DNA from: Batkoa obscura
Taxonomy: Eukaryota
Length of the DNA: 64,000 nucleotides
Direction: 5' to 3'
NCBI GenBank assembly: GCA_030770535.1
Contig: JASVEC010000018.1
Location: forward strand, 434,001 to 498,000
A program made the translations under genes and the position numbers. The notes beneath the pieces were generated by a model. That model worked only from the letters and a program-made list of their open reading frames with translations, was not told the DNA's origin and searched no databases. Below are positions 53,581 to 64,000 of the stretch, piece after piece. Every line of letters begins with the position of its first letter. The stretch's first letter is position 1.

Positions 53581-54747
53581 ATGAAAGTATTCGCTATCTT
53601 TGCTATCTCCAGTTCTCTCCTTGCTTCAGTATTTGCTGATCTTGCTCCATTACATAAAAATGGTAAAGCTATTGAAGGAAGTTATTTAATCACCTTAAAG
53701 GGTAACACTCGTACCACCCTTGATGCTCACGTTCAACAAGTACAAGAGCTCTTCACTGATCGTAGTGGATCTAACAAAGTTGAAAGGGTTTTCAACCACA
53801 TTGGAAATGCTTACCATGCTCGTTTAACTGATTCAGTTTTAGAAAAAGTACGTAATTTACCAGAAGTTGCCTTCGTTGAAGCTGATACTGAGGTCAAACT
53901 TTACACCACTCAAAAAAATACTCAAAACAATGCTCCATGGGGCCTTGCTCGTATCTCGCAAAACACTTTCACTGATAAATCTACTTATAAGTATGATGGT
54001 GATGGTTCTGACGTAACTGTTTATGTTATTGATACTGGTATCCTCACCACTCATCCTGAATTTGAAGGTCGGGCTCGCTTTGGTGCCAGATTTGCTGGTA
54101 AAAACAATGATGATGAGCATGGTCATGGTACACATTGTGCTGGTATTGTTGGATCCAAAACTTATGGTGTTTCAAAAAATGTCAGTCTTGTTGCAGTTAA
54201 AGTATTTGATGGTAGTGGTTCAGGTAGCACCTCGGCAATTGTTTCTGGTATTGAGTGGGTACTTAAGGATAAAAAAGGAGTGAAAGGAAATGTCGTCAGT
54301 ATGTCGATTGGTGGAGGGTTTTCAAATTTTATTAATAATGCTGTTGAGTCAGCTTATCAAAAAGGATTTGTTGTTGTAGCAGCTGCTGGTAATGGATCCA
54401 GTGATGCATGTAATTTATCTCCGGCTTCAGCACCAAATGTTATCACTGTTGGTTCATCTGATATCAATGATAACATTGCCTCTTCTTCTAATTATGGTAA
54501 ATGTATTGATGTTATTGCTCCAGGTGTAGCCATTCTTTCTACCTGGAATAATGGTGGCACTAATACTATCTCTGGTACTTCCATGGCTACTCCTCATGTT
54601 GCTGGTCTTGCTGCTTATTTCCTTTCAAAAGAAACTTTAACCAATGCTCAAGTAAGAGATAAAATTGTTAGCGTTGCTACTAAAGATGCCATCAAGAATT
54701 TAAAAGCTGATACTCCAAATCTCTTAGCTTATAACAATATTGCTTAA
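53581..54747 (+). CDS. Secreted subtilisin (S8A, proteinase K/Pr1-like), copy 1
   Basis: Signal peptide, I9 propeptide, catalytic motifs [23 protein letters not shown]. Confidence 0.97.
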   Translation: MKVFAIFAISSSLLASVFADLAPLHKNGKAIEGSYLITLKGNTRTTLDAHVQQVQELFTDRSGSNKVERVFNHIGNAYHARLTDSVLEKVRNLPEVAFVEADTEVKLYTTQKNTQNNAPWGLARISQNTFTDKSTYKYDGDGSDVTVYVIDTGILTTHPEFEGRARFGARFAGKNNDDEHGHGTHCAGIVGSKTYGVSKNVSLVAVKVFDGSGSGSTSAIVSGIEWVLKDKKGVKGNVVSMSIGGGFSNFINNAVESAYQKGFVVVAAAGNGSSDACNLSPASAPNVITVGSSDINDNIASSSNYGKCIDVIAPGVAILSTWNNGGTNTISGTSMATPHVAGLAAYFLSKETLTNAQVRDKIVSVATKDAIKNLKADTPNLLAYNNIA

Positions 54748-56027
54748 CTTTTTTAAAATAAAATCTTAAGTATATCAGTCCTTCCAGTTTTTAGCCCTAT
54801 CTAAGGCGTATTGATTTATCTTTAAAATACTTATACTAAACTTTCCATACTGATACTTGAATTTTTATAATTTTATAATTTTATTTTTTAGAAATTCAAT
54901 AGATAATTAAAATTCTAGCTCCTTAATTATTAGTTTAAAGCTTTAATTGAAGTTTTAATAATTTTGTTAAATGATATTACTAAATATTAATAATATTAAC
55001 GATTTGTAATCTTTATAGTAAAAACGACTTCTAGAGAGCTATTATAATATTGGACTTTTATTTTATTTTAATTTTTTAGTTAAATTTTAATCGTGTTTAT
55101 TATAGCATAAAAACAAATATTAAGTAAGAATGGCTTAAAGGCCATTGACAGATAAATTAACAATATTATTGTTTCACTCCCCAAACTTTTGATAAATCAC
55201 TTAATTTTTTGTTATATTAGATCATACACAAAGTACTGTGTATCACCAAAGTATGAAATTATTGATAAGGCTGGAATATTTATAAAAAAAGCGATATTAA
55301 TTCAAACAAATATTAAAGCAAATATGAACATGGGTTATTTTAAAGAAAACAATTCAATAAGCAAATTTAACATTTTAGACTAAACATTATCTTAGTAGGT
55401 GTTTAGACATGTAAATCCATCAATTATATATCCATAAAAAATATAAAGGCGGAATAAGTAGAGAAAATTTAGTTAATTATTGATCATACGATTATTCTTA
55501 ATTATTAAGATTTTTTACTAACAATTTGATCAGCATTTAATAAATTTAATAGTAATATTCCCTACTTAAAATAGACGAAGTTAAATTTAAGTTTAAAATA
55601 AATTGTATGACTTTTTTATGATACAATCATTTGATATTTCTTACCAATTTCTTCATCACATCCATTATTTTAAACAATGAAAAGCTACAGCTTAAAACTA
55701 CAGTTAATGATTTATAATCTATTTAAAGTAATCATAATGCTACTTTCATTCAATACTTTAAATTCAATTTAGATAGTATGCCATTTAACTCGATAGTAAT
55801 ATACTATCTTTTGATTACTAAACCATTGGTGTCGTATACTTATTATAGACAACTAACAATTAAGGAACAGATTTATTATATAAACAAAAGTCAATGATAA
55901 AGCGAATTGATATACCATAATAAACCTTAAGAAAATAAAAACACTATAAAATACATCAATAAGGAAGACATTATAAGTATCAAAAAGTTTATTGAAAAAT
56001 TCGATATAATAAAAAACAATAATCCAA

Positions 56028-57188
56028 ATGAGAGTATTTGCTATCTTCGCTATCACCTCTTCTCTCCTTGCTACAGTATTTGCTGACCTTGCACCTTTAC
56101 ATAAAAAAGGAAAAACAATTGAAGGGAGTTACTTAATTACCTTAAAGGGAGATACTCGACTTCCTATTGAAGCCCATATCCAGCAAGTACAAGAACTCTT
56201 TACTGATCGTACCGGGTCTAACAAAATTGAGACTGTCTTTAAACATGTAAAAAACACCTATCATGCTCGTTTAACTGATTCAGTTTTAGAAAAAGTACGT
56301 AATTTACCAGAAGTTGCTTTTGTAGAAGCTGATGCTCAAGTGAAACTTTCTACAACTCAAAACGGTGCTACTTGGGGTATTTCTCGTATTTCTCAAACTA
56401 CTTTCAACAACAAATCAACTTATAGTTATAACGGTGATGGTTCAGGTGTAACTGTATACTTAATTGATACTGGTATCCTTACTACTCACCCTGAGTTTGG
56501 AGGTCGTGCCAGATTTGGTGCTAGATTTGCAGGTACCAATAACAATGATGAAAATGGACATGGTACACATTGTGCTGGTACTATTGGTTCAAAAACTTAT
56601 GGTGTTTCAAAAAATGTCAGTCTTGTTGCAGTTAAAGTATTTGATGGTAGTGGCTCAGGTAGCACTTCAGGTATTATTTCCGCCATTAATTGGGCAGTCA
56701 ACGATAAAAAAGGAGTTAAGGGTAATGTCATTAGTATGTCATTAGGTGGTAGTCAATCAGATACCCTTAATAATGCAGTTGAGTCAGCTCATTCTAATGG
56801 TTTTGTCGTTGTTGTTGCAGCTGGTAATGAAACTCAAGATGCATGTAATGTGTCCCCAGCTTCAGCTGCAAGTGCTATTACAGTAGCTGCTTCGGACATC
56901 AATGATAATTTTGCTTCATTTTCTAATTATGGTCAATGTGTTTCTGTTATTGCCCCAGGTGTTAATATTTTATCTACTTGGAATAATGGCGGTACTAATA
57001 CTATCTCTGGCACCTCTATGGCTACCCCACACGTTGCTGGTCTTGCTGCTTATCTCCTCTCAAAGCAATCATTAACTAATGACCAAGTAGCTCAAAAAAT
57101 TATTGACCTTGCTACTCAAAATGCTATCAACAATGTAGGTACTGATACCCCTAATCTTTTAGCTTTCAATGGCTACGGTTCCATCTAA
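56028..57188 (+). CDS. Secreted subtilisin (S8A), copy 2
   Basis: Same architecture, intact D/H/S triad. Confidence 0.97.
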   Translation: MRVFAIFAITSSLLATVFADLAPLHKKGKTIEGSYLITLKGDTRLPIEAHIQQVQELFTDRTGSNKIETVFKHVKNTYHARLTDSVLEKVRNLPEVAFVEADAQVKLSTTQNGATWGISRISQTTFNNKSTYSYNGDGSGVTVYLIDTGILTTHPEFGGRARFGARFAGTNNNDENGHGTHCAGTIGSKTYGVSKNVSLVAVKVFDGSGSGSTSGIISAINWAVNDKKGVKGNVISMSLGGSQSDTLNNAVESAHSNGFVVVVAAGNETQDACNVSPASAASAITVAASDINDNFASFSNYGQCVSVIAPGVNILSTWNNGGTNTISGTSMATPHVAGLAAYLLSKQSLTNDQVAQKIIDLATQNAINNVGTDTPNLLAFNGYGSI

Positions 57189-57312
57189 ATAAAAAATGTT
57201 TAATATACTAAAATTATTTTTAAATACTTGTTTAGTTAAATTTAAATCGTTGTTAAAATTATTGTCTAAAACCTCCTAAGACTGTCAACATAATAATTTA
57301 TTAATAAAATTA

Positions 57313-57419
57313 ATATGAGAGTGTATTTTTTTGGTTTCATTACTTTTCATTTTTTAAGCGTTATTTAGATAGAAAAACTGCTAGTAAAATTCTTAAACAA
57401 AAAGATACATCCCCATATA
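57313..57419 (-). mobile_element. MITE family A, copy 4 (reverse orientation)
   Basis: atatgagagtgt..gtttcattacttttcattttttaagcgttattt..ACATCCCCATATA is the reverse complement of copies 1 and 2. Confidence 0.75.
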
Positions 57420-57560
57420 CTGAAACTAAGAAGCCATTTATTTTAATCTTTATCAGTTACCATATGTAGATATCATTGGTTTCATTTCTCCACGTTCTTA
57501 TGTAGTACAAAAGCTGTACGATTTGTTAATAAAATTCTTAAAACATAACCCCTATCCTGT

Positions 57561-58781
57561 TTAATCTTCCGATATTTTAGAATCTTTATCTATCGAAATA
57601 TATGAATGTCTATAACTACCAATATCGTTACTATATGAATTAGGTGGGCTACATTCTTCTTCATTATGAACGTTTTGTAAAGCATCAAGTAATTGATTTT
57701 CATAATCATTATCCATAGACCATAACATAACTCCCTTTAAATTGTTACATCTAATATAATTAGTTTTTATACTTAATGATTGAATATCATCATAAGCGAT
57801 AAATGTTTTTGTGTTATTATTAAATAACCATGGAGTTTGAGTAATTGTATCAAATTTCCGAATCCAGCCATTAGTAGTGTTAGCTTTTAATGACGACTTT
57901 AAGATATTTTTAGTCATTAAATCTTTATAAGTATACCTAGGTAAGCTATTGTTAGTAATTTTTTGGTATTGATTAGTAGTTGTCATATCAACATCAACAC
58001 CTACAGAAAATCCATAAAAAGGTACACCAACTACTAATTTATTATATGTAAACCCTGCATTACTCCAATCTCTTACTGCTTGTTTAACAGAGAATGGCGC
58101 ACCTCTATCGGGTTCATAATTCAACCCACCAATTGGTCCAGTAGTTGTTTCCCAAGGACCATTTAAATCATAACACATTAAATTAACCCAATCAAATAAA
58201 GGTACAAATTCTCTAACGTTCATTAATGGTCCATTTGGGCCATCAAACGGTTGAACTCTTACAGCTGCAGTCAACAATTTATTATTTAATGCAGTACGTA
58301 AATCTTTTAAAAATAATAAATAGTTTGCAGTATCTTTTGGAGATACAATATTTCCATCATTACCATTTCTTCCGGGATATTCCCAATCTAAATCAACACC
58401 ATCTAAATTAAATTTATCTACAAAGGCAACAGTATTCGATATAAATTGTTTCCTTTTATTATTATCTGCTGCCATTGGCGAAAAATATTTCGATCCTGTC
58501 CAACCACCAATAGATATCGATACTTTTGTATTACACCTATGTGCTCTTTTAATTAATTCTTTTAGTGTACTTTCAGTTTCAATTTTTGGTTTAAAATCAG
58601 TATCGTTAAATAACGAAAAGGCATAATTAATGTGGGTTACTTTTTTGAAATCAATGGCGCTGACCGGATATTGATCTAATGTCCAATCGGTAAAGTAGCC
58701 TACTATTACTTTACTAGCCATACTGCTAGTAACTTTAGTGATGATTAAACTAACTGCTAAAAACAAAAAAGAAAATCTCAT
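57561..58781 (-). CDS. Secreted chitinase, GH18, intronless
   Basis: Signal peptide, THINYAF, SIGGW, catalytic DGVDLDWEYP, LMCYD, GVMLWSMD. Confidence 0.96.
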   Translation of the reverse strand: MRFSFLFLAVSLIITKVTSSMASKVIVGYFTDWTLDQYPVSAIDFKKVTHINYAFSLFNDTDFKPKIETESTLKELIKRAHRCNTKVSISIGGWTGSKYFSPMAADNNKRKQFISNTVAFVDKFNLDGVDLDWEYPGRNGNDGNIVSPKDTANYLLFLKDLRTALNNKLLTAAVRVQPFDGPNGPLMNVREFVPLFDWVNLMCYDLNGPWETTTGPIGGLNYEPDRGAPFSVKQAVRDWSNAGFTYNKLVVGVPFYGFSVGVDVDMTTTNQYQKITNNSLPRYTYKDLMTKNILKSSLKANTTNGWIRKFDTITQTPWLFNNNTKTFIAYDDIQSLSIKTNYIRCNNLKGVMLWSMDNDYENQLLDALQNVHNEEECSPPNSYSNDIGSYRHSYISIDKDSKISED

Positions 58782-60406
58782 CTAGTTGTAAGAGCATAGA
58801 GCTATATTTATTATAATATAATTTGAATCATTCCAACTTTTATTTATATACTTTGAATTTTCCACTTTTTTATAGAAATACTCAACTTTAAGTTATTTTT
58901 TAACTTTATTAAATTCGAAAGTTGAATAGTAAGCTTATTGCGATCAGAGTTATTGATAAAATTCAAATAAATGATATACTCGTAAATCGAGATTTCCTTT
59001 GCTATTGCACTATTTTTAGTGGAACTATAGTATTAATAAAATTATGAGATTCGATTATCTTTAGCTATTTAATATTTTTATCCTATATCTATTTGATAGG
59101 ACATGCCTATCTTATAGAGATCCTAAAATCCAGACTATTTTCAATAACTTTTATGGGATATCAGCTATTAAGCTATCATTTATTAATATTAAATGGCACC
59201 TCTTACATCAAACTAGTGGTTAAAATAATATACTAATATTGTTATTTTCACTCTTTATTCAAACCTTTTTTATCCTGTTTGCTTCTAGGCTCATTATACC
59301 ATGATCAGTATATAAGATATTCTTTTCATCCAGTAATAGTAAAGTAAATTCATCTTTAAAAAATAAGATGAAGTTGTATAAAACTGCATATATAATCAAA
59401 CATTTAGTTCAAAAATTGAATACTTTTAACTATATACATGGTTTGAATCAACCTCAGATAGCTGGCATTTAGGTAACAAATATCCAACTCAATTCAAAAA
59501 ATTCGCTACTAATAGAAATACAGCTATTGTAGCTTTATTTCAATTTTGCGATAGTTTTTAGAGCCAGCTATTTGCTTGTTTGGTTTCGTAAAATATAATT
59601 ACTAGATTTACTTTGATTTTAGTGAAATTTTATTTTTAAATGAATAGTTAAATAGGTCGCTTTAAAGTTGCAGCAGGTGTAAAATATAAGGCTACAGATT
59701 GGGTTGACATTTAAAACATAAAGTTTACTTATTTTTGTAAAGTTTTACTTTATCAAAAAATAAAACCTACTTTAATTAATATAAAATTATAGCAATTTCA
59801 TATTTAGTCACAAAAATAAGAAAAATTAAAATTTGATTGTTTTAAATTTAATTGAGTAAATTCGATTTACTTATTAAAATGAGCTAATCTATAAAAATAA
59901 TTACTGTTTTTAAATTTATAAAGTAATAGTTTGTTTGATAATAAAAGTATATAGTAAAAACAACAGTGTTACCGCTCAATTTATAATATTATTTTAGTAT
60001 ATCTTTAAGTAGTAAAATTTCATATATATGTAATCAATATTCTAGATGTTGTATTTATTTTAATGAATATGTTTATGCTCATTAAAGATAACTAATTCTA
60101 ATAATACATAAAAATTCTATGCAGGAAAGACCCACCATTTGTTTTCATTTTATTATTTGATCTAGCTGATAATTTAAAGTTATTGCACCACAAATTAAAA
60201 AAAGTTGCCAAGATTTTCTAAATTAAACAATTTTTAACAAAATTCTGATTTGGCTACCCCTATTCTCTAAACTGAAGTAGGCTCAATCGTTTCAAAAAAA
60301 TCAATAGCAATGAAAGAAATAGTAATACTTTATTAAAAAAAATACATATAAATAAAGAGTAGTAACACTGAAAATATTATTAAAAATCTAAAAACTTATT
60401 CAAATA

Positions 60407-60968
60407 ATGAAATTCATAGCTTTATCTTCATTGATCATTTTATCATCTGTTAACGCAATGCCAGCAAAGGCAACAAGCAATCAAGGGTTAGAACTAATCA
60501 AAAAATTTGAAGGCTTCCGTGGCAACTTTTATCATGACCAAGTGGTAATAAAATCTTTATTCAATATATTACTTTATTAATTAACTTTAGGGAGCAAAGA
60601 CAATTGGATATGGGCATGCATGTCATGGCGATGGTCAAAACTGTGCTGGTGTGACCGAGCCATTAAGTGAGCCACAAGCTATGAGTTTATTGAAAGACGA
60701 CTTAAGATCTAGAGAAGAATGTGTTGCTGGTAGTCTTACTACACCCTTAGGAGGAAATTCCTTTTCGGCATTAGTATCATATGCATTTAATGTCGGCTGT
60801 GAAGCTTTTAAATCATCACCAGTATTGAGTTTAGTTAACCAAAAAAGATTTGGAGAAGCTGCCAATGCACTGAAAGCTCAATGTTACATTAGTGGACTTA
60901 AACTTGAAGATTTAGTAGTAAGGCGTGAAGCTGAAGCTTCACTGTTTTGCTTAGACGGCATTTGTTAA
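60407..60968 (+). CDS. Secreted phage-type lysozyme (GH24), 2 exons (intron 60545-60590)
   Basis: MKFIALSSLIILSSVNA signal; GLELIKKFEGFRGNFYHDQV-GAKTIGYGH (E-x8-D-x5-T); FSALVSYAFNVG; LVVRREAEASLF. Confidence 0.92.
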
Positions 60969-61170
60969 TTTTACATCTTTACATATATTTTCAATAGATA
61001 TATAATTAATATGATATAGTATATACACTAATAAAAATAATTACTTGAAATTTGGATGTTATTGAAAGTATATTCGAATATTAAAAGTCACCTTTTATTA
61101 CTAAGTTGAGGGATAATTCTAGCATTTTAATATATAATTGTAATACAAAAAATATTGTTTATAAATAGCT

Positions 61171-61273
61171 ATATGAGGATGTATTCTTTATTTGAGAATT
61201 TTACTAATAAATAACCTTTCCATCCAAATAGTGCTTAAAAAATGGAAAAAGTGATGAAACCAAAAAAAACATC
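61171..61273 (+). mobile_element. MITE family A, copy 5 (right end truncated)
   Basis: ATATGAGGATGT..ccaaatagtgcttaaaaaatggaaaaagtgatgaaaccaaaaaaaacatc. Confidence 0.75.
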
Positions 61274-62751
61274 AGATATCTTAATTATTTAGCTGATGGC
61301 ATAGGGTATTAAAGCTTTCAGGATGTATCATTTAGAACTATAAGACTAAATTTAAGTTTTATAGGATCAATTAAAGAATATCATCCAAGTTATTATCTAG
61401 AATTAAACATTTAGGTTGACCCACTCCTTTAAGGTTTTGTAGCTTTAAGTTAGCTCAACTTTTACGTCTAAAACACTATTACTCATTTTAGCCAATGATT
61501 TCAGGCTCTATTGTTATCTTAAAACTACCTTGTTAAATTATTTTAACTAAATTTCCCAACTTCTTATTGTCACCACCTAATGACAATACCTATAGTTTCA
61601 AAATATTAGGCTCAATCAAAATAAGCAAGTGGTTCATTAAAAGAAAGGGATGAAAAACAAGTGTGCCATAAGAATTCAAAGAGATTAAAGGTTATATGCC
61701 AAACCAGTGCTCTATATAAATTTTTTACCAACGAAATTTACTATTCGACTTTGACGAGGTCTTTGCTTCAAATAATATGGACAAAACTACAGCAATGCGA
61801 GTCAATTTAAATTAAGAGTGAGACTATTGGTTGTAGATATTTTACTACCATCATCTAATATAAAAAATAGATAAAAATAGACAGTGTAGTAATTTTATTT
61901 CTGGTCATACATTGGTACATATGCGAGTATTATTGTCAATAAACAATGGTTTACAAATAAAATATGTCTAATTTATCAAACTGATAGGTTAGGTATGACT
62001 AGACACAATATCGTTTTGAAGTTCATTAAGGGCATGTGAATTGGTTAAATCAGCTGTTTTTGCTGTTTTTGTTTAATGTAAAATACATGTTAGATCAGTT
62101 GTTATACAATTTATAGAAAAAATTAGTAATTCAAAGTTAAGAAGACTAATTCAAAAAAGGAAATAAACATTCTTATTGTAATAAAATTATTTGGTAATTA
62201 AATATACTAAAGCTAGATAGAAAAGATTCTTTTGTTTTGGGCCAAAATATTTAAACGTACGTTTTTAAAACTGAAATTGACATCTATGAAAAACGTATAC
62301 TGAAAATTAAGACAGAGTTATAAATATTTACAATTTAAATCCAAATAATTTATTAAAGGTAGTAAAAACGATATAATGTCAAAAATTTATTGAATCATCT
62401 TTATAGTATATTTGTAACAGATTATAAATTTTGGAAATGTCATAAGATATAAACTGTTAATATTAGAGTAGTTAATACTATACTTTATAGCTAGCTTACT
62501 AATTTTTTTCTATATTTTTTCATGACTTTATAGCTTGGTAGTATGGTTCAAAATTTAGCACTTGACAATCATATGTATAGGAACTGGTTGAGATTCAAAA
62601 GAAAATTCTAAGGGCGAATATCAGCTCGAAAATAATAGTAATTATATTCTAAGCGAGAGAAGGATAGTGAAAGTATATAAAGCAGAAAGCTATACTGTAA
62701 TTAATTAAAAAAAGTCAAACTTGACAATTGAGTTTTATCAAAAACAATACA

Positions 62752-63906
62752 ATGAAAGTATTCGCTATCTTTGCTATCTCCAGTTCTCTCCTTGCTTCAG
62801 TATTTGCTGATCTTGCTCCATTACATAAAAATGGTAAAGCTATTGAAGGAAGTTATTTAATCACCTTAAAGGGTAACACTCGTACCACCCTTGATGCTCA
62901 TGTTCAACAAGTACAAGAGCTCTTCACTGATCGTAGTGGATCTAACAAAGTTGAAAGGGTTTTCAACCACATTGGAAATGCTTACCATGCTCGTTTAACT
63001 GATTCAGTTTTAGAAAAAGTACGTAATTTACCAGAAGTTGCCTTCGTTGAAGCTGATGCCGAAATTAAACTTTCTACAACTCAAACTGGTGCTCCATGGG
63101 GACTTGCTCGTACTTCTCAACGTACTTTCACTGATAAATCTACCTATACTTATGATGGTAATGGTTCTGATGTAACTGTTTATGTTATTGACACTGGTAT
63201 CCTCACCACTCATACTGAATTTGGAGGTCGTGCTCGTTTTGGTGCCAGATTTGCTGGTACTAATGATAATGATGAGCATGGTCATGGTACCCATTGTGCT
63301 GGTACTATTGGAGGTCAAACTTATGGTATCTCAAAAAATGTCAACCTTGTTGCAGTTAAAGTATTTGATGGTAGTGGTTCAGGTAGTACCTCAGGGATTA
63401 TTTCAGCTATCAATTGGTCCGTTAATGATAAAAAAGGAGTCAAAGGTAATGTTCTTAGTATGTCCCTTGGTGGCGGTAAATCTACTACACTTAATAATGC
63501 TGTTGAGTCAGCTTATCAAAAAGGATTCGTTGTTGTTGTAGCTGCTGGTAATGAAACTAGCGATGCTTGTACCCGTTCTCCAGCCTCATCACCAAATGCT
63601 ATTACTGTTGCTGCTTCTGATGTCAATGATAACCTCGCTTCTTTCTCCAACTATGGTAAATGTGTTGATGTCATTGCTCCAGGTGTAGCTGTCCTTTCTT
63701 CATGGAATAATGGTGGCACTAATACTATCTCTGGTACTTCCATGGCTACTCCTCATGTTGCTGGTCTTGCTGCTTATTTCCTTTCAAAAGAAACTTTAAC
63801 TAATGCTCAAGTAAGAGATAAAATTGTTAGCGTTGCTACTAAGGATGCTATCAAGAACCCAAAAACTGGTACTCCAAATCTCTTAGCTTATAACAATATT
63901 GCTTAG
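62752..63906 (+). CDS. Secreted subtilisin (S8A), copy 3
   Basis: ATG at 62752 (the track's TTG start is upstream). Signal peptide, I9 propeptide, intact triad. Confidence 0.97.
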   Translation: MKVFAIFAISSSLLASVFADLAPLHKNGKAIEGSYLITLKGNTRTTLDAHVQQVQELFTDRSGSNKVERVFNHIGNAYHARLTDSVLEKVRNLPEVAFVEADAEIKLSTTQTGAPWGLARTSQRTFTDKSTYTYDGNGSDVTVYVIDTGILTTHTEFGGRARFGARFAGTNDNDEHGHGTHCAGTIGGQTYGISKNVNLVAVKVFDGSGSGSTSGIISAINWSVNDKKGVKGNVLSMSLGGGKSTTLNNAVESAYQKGFVVVVAAGNETSDACTRSPASSPNAITVAASDVNDNLASFSNYGKCVDVIAPGVAVLSSWNNGGTNTISGTSMATPHVAGLAAYFLSKETLTNAQVRDKIVSVATKDAIKNPKTGTPNLLAYNNIA

Positions 63907-64000
63907 GTTTATAAAATAAAGTTTCAAATACACTAAAATTATTTTCGGGGTTTGTTAGACGCTTAAATTTTAAATACACTATAGTATTGGAAATGTTTTT

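Noticed and set aside
61480..62050. Possible decayed transposon ORF (similar patch at 59150-59500)
   Set aside because: No recognisable transposase, RT or integrase motif in the frames read.
53857..63541. Similar antisense and alternate-frame ORFs repeated in each subtilisin
   Set aside because: They recur because the paralogues are similar and have biased codon usage; there is no independent coding signal.

Overview
This is very AT-rich, gene-dense eukaryotic DNA with many short (about 40-60 nt) GT-AG introns. Gene content (HIS7 fusion, AMS1, fungal G-gamma, proteinase-K-type subtilisins, GH18 chitinase) indicates a fungus. An early-diverging lineage such as Entomophthoromycotina/Zoopagomycota is likely, but that is inference only. 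About 30 protein-coding loci can be reconstructed. The 0.6-36.4 kb and 43.5-52.7 kb segments hold housekeeping genes: eIF4B, Kv channel, CARM1-type PRMT, RPA43, H2A, AAA ATPase, COQ11-like, PP1, HMCES/SRAP, epimerase, HEM14, ENT, AMS1, SCAMP, NDUFA12, penta-EF-hand protein, G-gamma and HIS7. The 36.4-43.5 kb segment is gene-poor, with MITE-like elements and a single 66-aa ORF that has PKI-like motifs (RRNGLH pseudosubstrate plus NES). The 53.5-64 kb segment is a block of secreted hydrolases: three mosaic subtilisins, a chitinase, and an intron-containing phage-type GH24 lysozyme. Other highlights are an intronless 441-aa orphan, FAAP100-like and C8orf76-like candidates, and a roughly 105-bp MITE family with five copies. 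Exon boundaries were read by eye, and some starts are approximate.
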